A stretch of 64,000 nt of DNA from Ancylonema sp. (Eukaryota). The DNA lies in assembly GCA_050230475.1 (NCBI GenBank), contig JBFLGF010000108.1, positions 1 through 64,000 of the forward strand, read 5' to 3'. Made by a program: the position numbers and the translations under genes. The notes under the pieces were generated by a model. The model was given only the letters and a program-made list of their open reading frames with translations. It was not told the origin of the DNA and made no database searches. Positions 53,832 through 64,000 of the stretch are shown here, in pieces. Numbering within the stretch: position 1 is the first letter of the stretch; each line of letters begins with the position of its first letter.

Positions 53832-54984
53832 ATGGGAGAGCCAGAGCCCAAGCCACCACTCAACCATTTCCTATCCCGCTCAAATGGAGAGGTCGCCAAC
53901 TCCATGGCACGAAACCCCTTCCTTCTACTATCAACTACATTCGTGAAGAGTGCTCCACCCAAGGAATGCACATTTGGATCCCCTGGGCAAACGCAGACCT
54001 GGCTCCACTCGTGTACAGTCTCAAACAAGGGAAACTCATAAAAGGCGTCACTATCGCCACACCAGATCTACACCGCAAAAATATCATTCCCCAAAACCTG
54101 CGCAAACTTCAACTCCGTTACCCACATCTGTTACCGGACTCCGCCATCAATTTGTGTGACAACATTTTACCACCCCGCGCTGAGGACATCACCTTGGCTC
54201 AGATGAGAGAACTAGTCGCAAAACATGGACTAATCGACACTGTGGGGGGGAAGTGGCACACGGAGACACGCCAATCATTTAGTGGATTGCAAGGGGCAAA
54301 TGACTACCGCGTACTACCCTTCTTCGCAGTTCCTCATGGCTACACTAGCAGACTGAGATCTATGGCTTCTATCCCGTCACCCTCTTCTACACACATGTGG
54401 ACTACCCGGAATGTCCACTGTGGGCCATCGAACATGGCTACTTGGATGAAGCTTTCCTCGGACCATCAGTCACTATTGACGCAGCCACCTTGGCTGGAAA
54501 TATCATTCGACCTACCCGCATCTGGACCAACATTCTCACACCACGAGAACTTCACTACTGCATACCCGAACATAGATTTGCACACACTCTGGACAAACAA
54601 GTGCTGGAACCAACCCATACTGCAGTACCTGTCTCTAAGGAGGAAGCTATACCACACACCCCGAACATATATGAGCAACCACGCTGCGTTTTTCCACAAC
54701 TTCCACCATACCTGGACTCACCCAACTATTTCATACAACCAGATGGGACACCGGGATGTGGCATGGTGTACGACGCAAAGCTTCAGCAATGGCAGGCACC
54801 CACACCATACGAATTGGAACGTGCATTGGGACTCCAGATCGGCATCACTGCACACAAGATGATTGATCAACTCACACGTGTACAATTCTTGGGGCGCTGT
54901 ATGGATGACCGCATCACTACCTTTCTCGCGAGACTACATAACGTCTTACCATGGCGCCTTCATAACTTACGGAACTTGCCATAG
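53832..54984 (+). pseudogene. Retroelement-type C5 cytosine DNA methyltransferase-like remnant with degenerate catalytic motifs
   Basis: LRYPHLLPDSAI..LP; IDAATLAGNIIRPTRIWTNI (motif VIII-like); GCGMVYD..PTPYELERALGL..G.T..TRVQFLGRCMD (motifs IX/X-like); frameshifts near 53965 and 54330; TAG at 54346. Confidence 0.72.
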
Positions 54985-55025
54985 CCATGGATGCGCTGGG
55001 GTGACTAATGTATCCCGTGCAAATG

Positions 55026-55186
55026 GTATGTCGTCGGAGGCGACACACCACGGAGAGTATCGCCGGAGGCGATACGTAACACAACCTACAGTCCCTTATA
55101 CAGTTCCTTATATATGACGTATGTCGCCGGTGGCGACATACCACGGAGAGTGTCGCCGGAGGCGATACGTGACACCGCCTACAGTC
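55026..55186. repeat. Two ~68-bp direct repeats, each with two short hairpins
   Basis: 55026-55093 and 55119-55186; units of the form (G/A)TCGCC-GGN-GGCGA(C/T). Confidence 0.85.
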
Positions 55187-55384
55187 ACCTTCCATATACA
55201 CAGTATAACCTCTATCAATTAATATTATCGAGACTGGGGGGGAAACAAAAGGGAAAAAGAAATGACTTTGTGTCATGTATTTTGAGTGTAAATCATTGAT
55301 TTCAGGCGATTTCGATAGATAACGTGATGAAACTAATGTCATGAGTATTCCACGAATTCATGAAGAATATTTTTTATGAAAAGG

Positions 55385-55573
55385 AAAGGCCGGGTCAAAA
55401 ATTCGTTTTTTGTTGTAAAAATGGGTACTTCTATAATGTGAGTCACCTTATTATACAAGTATTCCCACAGTTTGGGAAATTTTCTATGGGGTGCGCAGGT
55501 GGGTCAATTGGTGGTTCACCAGTCGAATTCAATTTATATTCCGAAACCCGGGTCATTTCTGTGGCCAGTACGG
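55385..55573. mobile_element. Partial inverted copy of the CCGTA-family MITE
   Basis: Ends CCCGGGTCATTTCTGTGGCCAGTACGG; reverse-complement similarity to ~14777-14970. Confidence 0.65.
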
Positions 55574-56292
55574 TTGTCGAAAATATTGGTCCACATATGT
55601 TTATGATTCACAAGAAAAAAGAACGGAAAACCTCGAAGAAATATAGATCACACGAGTATGGGAAACATTGGTTAGATATTGTACTTGTTTAGTACTCAAT
55701 TGTTAGTACTAAGAAAAATATTAAAATTACCCTTTGGGGGGGATATTCTTTTCAACAAGTCATTTATTTTTTAAACAGGTCATTTGTTTAGATAGTCGGA
55801 TCAACTTTACTCCCCAACGTTCGGAGGGAAGATTACATAATCTTTAAGAGATGTTATGTTTTTAGAGAGTGTTCTTTTAGAAAGATTCCATTGTATAAAA
55901 AACAAGAGCGGGTCTTGGGCCACGCGCAAGTCGGGCCCAAGCAACTAGTTAAAGAAGAATTGATGCAGGACGGATAGAGTATCAAGTGACAAGTCCATGT
56001 CGAAAAATGGTCGCTACTGTGTCCCCAAGCCTCAAGAAAAAAGTAGCCGCCCACCCACATAGCTACCCACGACTTCAACACAAGTCCTATCCGTGCAGAC
56101 TCGAGACTCTCTAAGCCGCCAGCAACAACTTGTCGCCGACAAAGGGGATAGGGTTCGCGCCGTTTTCAACAAGGTTTTTTGGGCCACTACCAGGCCGCAC
56201 AGATTCGTAACCGAAAATTAGGCAATTAAATACCTATAAATGACAAAAAAAATTCCGGAAGAACCTACCATAACCTAACTGGTGTAGCCTGG

Positions 56293-56486
56293 AATACCCT
56301 TAAATACCCTCAAAATACCCTCATATACCCTCAAATACCCTCAAATACCCTGGGGTATTCCGGGTATTTTCGGGTACGAGGGTTATTCCGGGTTATTGCG
56401 GGTTTTTTACCCGGTTTTTGGCTGCCGGGTTATTTGCGGGTTAATACCTCAGGGTTACGGGTTAAGGGTTTTCCGGGTTAAGGGTA
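56293..56486. repeat. Short AATACCCT(C) repeats facing GGGTATT/GGGTTA repeats
   Basis: Direct observation; resembles transposon subterminal repeats. Confidence 0.6.
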
Positions 56487-56685
56487 GACCGCCACCCTGG
56501 CACGGAGACGACGGGAGGCAGGAGAGGCGATTTTTCGTACGTAGAAACGAGAGAGGCAGCCCAATTTAAGTTGTTTCGCGTTATAGCGACAATATCGATT
56601 GTAGCAGATAGATGGCGAAAAACACATGCGCCGCACCTGTTGCTAACAATTCGAACACCTGTTACTAACATCACCCATAAAAAAA

Positions 56686-56971
56686 GGGAGAGACTCCGGG
56701 CACCCCCCAAAGCGACTGCGGGCCCCCCCCTCCGACTGGCCCGCAGTCTTTCCCTTAAAATAAGGTAAGTTCAAAAACTCATAGCTTCCAAAGGTTTTTC
56801 GATATTTGAATTATTTTTTATGTGCTCTGTAGAAAAGACTACGAAGTAAATATTTACATTTTTTTCAAAAAAAAAATCCGATCAATGTGGAGTCCAAAAA
56901 ATGGAGAGACTTCAGGGCTTGTCGGAGGGGGGTGCCCGCAGTCGCTTTGGGGGGTGCCCGCAGTCTCTCCC
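56686..56971. mobile_element. Mutator-like MITE
   Basis: ~50-bp TIR GGGAGAGACT..GGGCACCCCCCAAAGCGACTGCGGG; 9-bp TSD ATAAAAAAA / ATCAAAAAA (1 mismatch). Confidence 0.78.
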
Positions 56972-57093
56972 ATCAAAAAACCTTAAAAAACCTCTATGGC
57001 TCCGCACCGGGCGAAAAAAAAAAAATCCCTTGTGGCGCGGCCCGGGACGATCCGCCCGGAATGAGAAAGCGGGGCGAAATTTGCGGGACGGAG

Positions 57094-57567
57094 CCAACTA
57101 CGCTTGAAACTGAAAACCGCGCTTCCGTTCACCAGGTGGCTGAACAAGTAAAAAATGACGTCATTCCTTGACCCAAAGAAAGGCTGACGTCCCTGATCAT
57201 CGCAAGCGTCCTTTTCTCAGCCTTACACTGTAGGTGAAGGTGACTATTCAGATCACTCTTGCACGGCGTAGGGAGATTCTAAATCCCGTTCAAGAGTACC
57301 GAGTTACAGTTGTTCAAGCATTCGTATAAGTCTCTGTAGCTCCTGGTGTAGACGCTGTAACGCCTCGCTTCACGGTCCCGCTCCTGATTCATATATTTCG
57401 GAGAACTTTGATTCCCTTGAGAGGGCGGACATAAGCACATGGGCGAACATGGCTGCAAGTAAGTAATGCGCTTTGGTTTAAAGATGGGTTATGCATGTCT
57501 CTAGTAGATCAGGACACGCAGCTGCTGAACATCTACTTCAACTACCAGGCTTCATCATAGCGTCAAA
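57094..57567. repeat. Left arm of ~470-bp inverted repeat (TAXIMIN promoter, exon 1, start of intron 1)
   Basis: Reverse complement of 59805-60278 with scattered substitutions. Confidence 0.95.
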
Positions 57568-58588
57568 AGGAGTGGAAGAGTATTCTTCCATTGTGTAGTA
57601 AACACCTCTGATTTCTCCTTTTAGCAATGACACATACCGTTTTTTAACGAAGATAATTACAGAGATACATCCCTCACAGCGAAGTATCACGATGAAGTCG
57701 AGAAGTTAATGGCGACACCAGCTTCGTTACTTCTTTCATGCCAATAACACTGGATACGAGTGGACACCGTTACTTATTTTTATAGTAAGAGACAAATTGC
57801 GTACCACCAATGTGCACCAGGATATCTTTGGCCTTTGAGGTGTAATAGGGCAAAAAAAAAAAAACATGCGGATTGTTGTAGATTGTCCACTTCACGAAAT
57901 TGTAAGAGTGAGAAGGTAAGTGGTAAGGTCCAAGGGACTTATGATCATGATCACGGCGGCTAATGTATACCAGGTGTACAGGTTTGAAAGTTCTGGTTTT
58001 TTTTACAGGCCCTGTGGCGTCCTTATCGGCCTGCCGTTCATGCTCTTGGGCCTTATCCTCTCGCTTGTCGGCATTTTGGTATGGATAGTTGGGTGAGTAT
58101 CACATGACCAGTCTTTCTCATTGTAGAACTCGTATTGAACAAATATGCGAAATCGGCTCACTTCAAGTTCCTGTAATTTTCCATGTTTGATGCAATGTAG
58201 ATGTTAAAAGTACAATCAAACATCACTCACACCGTATTCTGAAAAGGTCCATGAAGTAACATGACTTCATTGACTCCCTCGTCAATCGAGAAACAACAAC
58301 AACTCCACCCCCTGTTGCGGATTTTGCAACTCAATTAGAGCGTCTCGGCATATGGTGATGCCTAATGTGGACACTTGACGCCGAAATGCTTGTATGTGTG
58401 TGGTTTTTCGTTCACTTATACAAGATCACCTTTCTCACCCGCTCGAGTGTGTTCTTGGCACCAGAATTGTATTGAGCCTCGCTTGCCCGTGCTGCCTTTG
58501 CTTCGCCGCCCTTATTGGGGTGGGGATAGAGCTAATGAAGGCGCCGCTTCATATCATCACATGGTTCACCAACAAAATTCCGTGCTAA
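57439..58588 (+). CDS. TAX1: TAXIMIN-like signalling peptide, 75 aa; exons 57439-57458, 58009-58092, 58465-58588
   Basis: Spliced product MGEHGCKPCGVLIGLPFMLLGLILSLVGILVWIVGIVLSLACPCCLCFAALIGVGIELMKAPLHIITWFTNKIPC; donors GTAAGT and GTGAGT, CAG acceptors, 228 nt in frame; GLPF, WIVG, CPCC, KAP and WFT-KIPC match the TAXIMIN family. Confidence 0.92.
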
Positions 58589-59804
58589 CTTTTTATTTGG
58601 AATACTACCCAATTGTAAACCGAAAATTGGGTGCACAATTATGCAAGAGTCGAGTTTTATGTGTGATTTATGTTTAGAAGATGCGAGTTATAGGTATGAA
58701 GCCTAACAATCTGGAAGACATGTGTTGACACGCCATAAAAACACAAACGTCGCTAGTGGTTGCCCGGTACAACAATGCGTCCGGATACCATAATAATTAG
58801 GAGCGTAGTTGCCCTCAAAGTGTTGGGGGGTTTTATCAAATGCGTCACGTTCACTCTCTATTTAGGAAACGCTGGAGTATTCCAACAAATCTTCTTGATA
58901 CCCAACTTTTTTTTGTTTAGATTTTTGATTTTAGCAAACTGTTTACTGTCGCACTTTTGCCCGTGGCCAAAAGCGCTCTCCACCTTCTCCCACTTCAGAG
59001 TACCACAAGAAAGAAAATAACGACATCGTGAGGTTATCATAGAGTAAAATTGTTGTTTATGACTATTTATATAAAGTAACCACTTATATGTACTTGGCCA
59101 ATTTGATGTATTTCTCCGTTATTGTTGTATGCATGCACTCGTGATTTATCACGTGCTCATTATATGCAACCACCAATATTTGCATATGTTTTTTTTTAAC
59201 ACGAGCCAAAGTATGCATTATTTGATCTAAAAGTATTTGCTTCCGCCAACCCAAGTGAATGTTCCTATACATTACATAGTGGAATCTCGTTAGAATAAAT
59301 CTCATCGCGTCATGTTGCAAAACTACCAAATTGAGAGTCGACTAGATGGTTAGTTTGTGGACACTGCAGTGGGGTGATGCCAAATGATACCTTGGAGTTG
59401 TATTTGTTGCTCACATAATTTAGTATATGTGTGACTTCTCTGCCGATTGAAACGTTGTTATTTCATGATGCGAAAATGTTGAAGAAATTTCTCTCGATTG
59501 GTTGTGTTTACACAAAAGAAACAACCACAAATTTATAAAACGCAAGTATTTATACAATTTTTGCGTTGGCCTCAACAAATATTCGAGGGGCGATCATTGA
59601 TTGTCAGCTTCATTTTTACTAGCTCCCATTCTTCTCTCGATTTCTTCCGTAACATTGATGACCCATGCAGTGATTTTGATTTTTTGGCATGATGTAAGCG
59701 CAACAACGCCATATAACTTTGGCTCGGGGTCAACGTTTTTCTTTCAATACATGGTCACCATACGTTGTCCACTTGAGTCCCAACCATTATATGCACACCC
59801 TCAC

Positions 59805-60278
59805 TTTGGCGCTATGATCAAGCCAGGTAGTTGAAGTAGATGTTCAGCAGTTGCGTGTCCTGATGTACTAGAGACATGCATAATCCATATTTAAACCAAA
59901 ACGACTTACTTACTTGCAATCATGTTCACCCATATGCTTATGTCCGCCCTCTTTAGGGAATCAAAGTTGTCCGAAATATATGACTCAGGAGCGGGACCGT
60001 GAAGAGAGGCGTTACAACGTCTACACCAGAAGCTACAAGGACTTATACGAATGCTTGAACAACTGTAATTCGGTACTCTTGAACGGGATTTAGAATCTCC
60101 CTACGCCGTGCAAGAGTGATCTGAATATTCACCTTCTACTATAGTATAAGGCTGAGAAAAGGACGCTTGTAATGATCAGGGACGTCAGCCTTTCTTTGGG
60201 TCAAGGACTGACGTCATTCTTGGCTTGTTCAGCCATCTGGTGAACGGAAGCGCGGTTCTCAGTTTCAAACATAGTTGG
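59805..60278 (-). repeat. Right arm of the inverted repeat, carrying a second exon 1 (59933-59914, MGEHDC) with an intact GTAAGT donor
   Basis: Reverse complement of 57094-57567. Confidence 0.95.
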
Positions 60279-60838
60279 TTGCACATGGCGGCGGTCTATG
60301 CAGTTCCGGAACCGCGTTGGATCACGGATTTCCGATTGGAGGATGTTTACATTGTCAAAACTGTGTTGGCACTTAGACCACCGCCAATTTAACGTATGCT
60401 ATGCTCACATTGAGAAGAAAATTGTTGGTCTATATTGTACAATTATTGGAATGACGACATGCATTTGTACACATAATGGCCCGCACAAAGAGCGATTTAG
60501 CCGCAACGGTTTAGCGCACGTGCGGAGCCAAGTGGTCACAACCCAATACCGTAGTGGCCATACTCAATGACCCGGGTGTAAAAAAAAACAATTAATTTTT
60601 GTCGTGACCCACCAACTTGACCCGGGCAAACTTTATTTATTATCCCGTGACCCACAATTATGACCCGTGTAAAATATAATTATTATACCGTGACCCGGCA
60701 AGCAAAATGACCCACCTTTAAACAACACGCAATTTGTACCGCACAAGTACCGTACTAATTATGGCACTGTAAACCTTGGGGGGGTATCTTTCGGCCCAAA
60801 AAAAAAACTGATATTCCCGAGGTTTTTTATTCACTCTA

Positions 60839-61163
60839 CCGTTCACTTTCCACTAAAAAATCCGTTCACTTTCCTTCACCTCAAATTCATTCGCCGTACA
60901 TCCGGTCACTTTACAATCTAAAATCCGTTCACTTTCCTTTATCTCAAAATTATTCGCCGTTCATCCGTTCACTTTACACTAAAAAACTCGTTCACTTTCC
61001 TTTACCTCAAATTCATTCGCCGTTCATCCGTTCACTTTACACGCAAAAATCCGTTCACTTTCCTTCACCTCAAATTCATTCGCCGTTCATCCGTTCACTT
61101 TACACTCTAGAACCCGTTCACTTTCCTTCATCTCAATTTTATTTTCCGTTCATCCGTTCACTT
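60839..61163. repeat. 63-bp tandem repeat, ~5 units
   Basis: CCGTTCACTTTCCTT recurs at 60862, 60925, 60988, 61051 and 61114. Confidence 0.92.
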
Positions 61164-61693
61164 TCGTTCAAAAGCCTTGTCTCGGTGGGGTGCATTGTCG
61201 GCTCTATATTGCGGCCTTGCAAACTGCAGAAGACTCTCAGCCCTGAACACTGACTCATGAAGTGGAAGAGTAGTGAAGAGTAAGTAGTGATAGATTATGA
61301 GTAGTGTGTAGTGAGTAGTGACTAGTAAGTGAGAGTGTGGAGTCATCCACTTCCTTTCGGTTTTTCGAATTTTCCATACTTTTCGGAATTTTGAAGGGTG
61401 TGTCGTGGTTTAAAAAATATGGAAACTCTGTATTGTTTATCATGTTGGCTTGTGCAAGGTGCAAAAGTGTATGAAAAATATGCACCTTAATTGTTCCCCA
61501 GCACGTCCATTTCCCCCCCTAAATTTGTGAAAAGGGAACCAATGACGATCGATTACGCCGCTACTGGACCCGGATTGACTCTTGGCGATCGGGATCCAAC
61601 CACATATGTATTCTGAGCAAAAAAACGAATAAAATCGATTTTACGATGTTGACCCACTACGCCAAATTTCGGAATTTATGGCGAGACCCAACC

Positions 61694-62905
61694 CATAGTT
61701 GCACGGACCGGCAACATTGGATTTTCGGACCGCGGTCGGACCGGGTCCCGAGTCGGGACCCGGTCCGACCGGGGAACTTTTAGGGGTTTTTTCGCGAGGC
61801 AATTTTTCCGCGGGGAAAAAGGACGTGGGGCTTCATTTTATTAATGTACCTCACAAGTGTGATATACATGTGTTATATGTGGCTTGTGAAGTTGTAGCGA
61901 TTTAAAAAAAAAAAAAAAAAAAAAAAATAGCATGTTCATATCCAGCCGTCCATTGATTGAGATGGTGAAATTAAACATTGACAAAAAAATATGATGAAAT
62001 TTTGGTGTAAGTTGGTGCTTGGAAGTGTGTTATTCGGAGTGACGAAATATTTTTGGGGAGTGACAAGCATAGTTACCCGAACCTTCGGAACCGGGATCGA
62101 AGGTCCGCATCTCGGACCGGGGCGGACCTCGGTTCCAAAAGTTGATTTTTCCGGGTCGGGTAACTATGGTGACAAGTGAGGAGTGGGAAGTGAAGAGAGG
62201 GGGTTTGGTGTAGACGGTGAAGAGTGTTATGGGTGTAAAAACACAACAAAAATTGTGGGAGTAGAAGTCGTAATGTTTTTCTTTCCGTTTTATATAGAGT
62301 TGTATGTATATGGAGTTGTAGGCAAGGATAGATTTTGATACGGTTAGTAAATTTTAGATAGGGACGATACCCATTTATTTATGTAGAATAGGAAAATGAG
62401 AAGTGAGTAATGTATTTGTAAGGTGGAGAGAAGTTTGAATACAAGGTTGTGAGCGTGGGAAAAAACTGGATGATGTTTGATATATGTTTTATAATTCCAT
62501 GATACGGTGACCCTTCATCACATTTTTTGAGCCTCACATGAGCAACATTTCAGAACTACATTGTAACCTATGGAACATGAAAAAATATGGAGTACGTATA
62601 ACCATTCCAAATGACCTAGAGCATTTCCCCAAGTGATATCTCTCGAAAGTGGTGAAAAACGCTATCTACAATGATGCATTGCGGGTTTTAATTACTTATT
62701 CGATAGGTCTAACATTTTTTCGACATTTTTTTAAGATGTAAAATAAAATTACATTCGCGAAAAAAATACTTCCGGAGTTTTTTCTCCACGGAAATCACCT
62801 TAAAACCCCTAAAAACCAATATTACCCTAAACAACCGGTCCGGATTTTTGACCCAAAAGGACGGACCTCGGTCGGGACCCCGGTCTGCCGGTCCGTGCAA
62901 CAATG
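61694..62905. mobile_element. hAT-like non-autonomous element
   Basis: CATAGTTGCACGGACCGGCA / TGCCGGTCCGTGCAACAATG; 8-bp TSD ACCCAACC. Confidence 0.9.
62068..62168. mobile_element. 101-bp mini hAT-like element
   Basis: CATAGTTACCCGA / TCGGGTAACTATG; 8-bp TSD GTGACAAG. Confidence 0.9.
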
Positions 62906-63566
62906 ACCCAACCCCAAAAAACGAATTATTTAATTTGACCCGACCCACCCTTTCAATAATTATTTACGGGTCATGGTGTATGGCCAGTACGGTACACATA
63001 CATTCATACGAAAAACAAAATGCCTTCAGGTGGCGTTTTATTCGGGTGGTGTGGCGTAAAAGTCCTTCCTAATCACAAACGGGTCGGGGTTTTGCATTAC
63101 GTATCCCTAGTACGTAAATACACCTTTGGGACAAGTTGTCCATCTTTAATGAGACCAAACTGCGACAATGTACTTCTGGAATGGAATAAACTCAGATCGC
63201 CTTCACAAGCAAAACGCGAATAATAGAGGTGCCACAAAAACTTGCCCCTCCATCAAGTATGTAAAATAGGTGGGCAAAAATAGAGGACTCCGTCGGAGAA
63301 GAAAGTGTTTGCACAACAATTTACAATTCCTTTTCGTTGTCTACTTCAACAAAAGAGCTTGAAACATTTTCAACTACATTCACAAAAGGCAATACCATAC
63401 TGTACACCTTGGCATGTGGCATCCAGGCCATGCCCATAAAATTTTGTGAGACAACACGATTACTTTGCAACTGCCAAGTCCCAACATCCTACCTCACCCC
63501 TCCCTCCCCCCTCCTACCACCTGGGAGACAGGAGCCAGGCCAACGGCAAACATCTTTGAACGTATC

Positions 63567-64000
63567 TCACAGGGCCAACTTGCATTCAAATACGTTCCCC
63601 TCACCCTCTGTTGGTCCCCCTACAGCCACGCCTTTCCCCACCCCCTCCTCCCCTCCCTCCCCCATCCACGAAATGAAACTTGTCTCCCTGAGGAGCAGTT
63701 CATACACCTCCGGAACCATTTTCTGTCCCTGTGACCTCGGTAGGGGAGAATTGAGCGTCTGCGGCGCTGCATCCACTCACCACCCACCACCCACCACTTC
63801 CCTGTCACTACCCCACCCCCACCCCCTCTCCCTCTCCTGTCCAATCCCCAGCCACCCCCTACCTTGGTGCGGGGCTGGCACCCCCTGTGAATTGCGATGA
63901 TCCTGGACTGCACAGCCCCACACCCCCAACCATTACCAACCCACTCCCCCTCTCTCCTGCAGCCTGGGAAGCAAGGGGGGGGCGGGGGCGGTTACCTTGT
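63567..64000 (-). CDS. Possible 3' end of an unidentified gene running off the window
   Basis: GC-rich, G-run composition like the other host exons; short ORF 63567-63776; no recognisable domain. Confidence 0.25.

Larger units (their letters stand above)
60549..62992. mobile_element. Large CCGTA-family non-autonomous element
   Basis: TA|CCGTAGTGGCCATAC..ATGACCC ... GGGTCATGGTGTATGGCCAGTACGG|TA. Confidence 0.8.

Noticed and set aside
56293..56486. Interstitial telomere
   Set aside because: No regular TTAGGG/TTTAGGG array; looks like transposon subterminal repeats.
57094..60278. Pack-MULE interpretation of the long inverted repeat
   Set aside because: No 9-bp TSD at the outer ends, and the arms themselves contain the gene's exon 1 and splice donor.
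60839..61163. Regularly spaced repeats resembling a CRISPR array
   Set aside because: The whole 63-bp unit repeats with no unique spacers; no cas genes; eukaryotic context.

Overview
Eukaryotic, transposon-dense genomic window from a green plant lineage, most consistent with a streptophyte alga or bryophyte-grade plant (inferred from gene content). Three spliced genes look intact: a 5-exon plant-type catalase (492 aa, - strand), a 2-exon OBERON-like PHD-finger gene (~963 aa, - strand), and a 3-exon 75-aa TAXIMIN-like peptide gene (+ strand) that the ORF track only partly shows. A BK/Slo-type K+ channel pseudogene (- strand) spans ~22 kb and is broken by a chromoviral Gypsy element and two nested Copia elements. 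The rest is degenerate Copia and Gypsy elements plus many MITEs (hAT-, Tc1/pogo-, PIF- and Mutator-like), many with target-site duplications readable by eye. Main observations: (1) a retroelement-type C5 DNA-methyltransferase-like remnant with its catalytic motifs replaced, lying opposite a matching gag-protease half, with a fold-back hairpin at the break; (2) the TAXIMIN gene enclosed by a ~470-bp inverted duplication of its own promoter and exon 1; (3) a half-tRNA-primed Copia lineage with non-canonical LTR ends and a conserved multi-stem RNA structure before the PPT. All family assignments come from motif recognition by eye; no searches were run.
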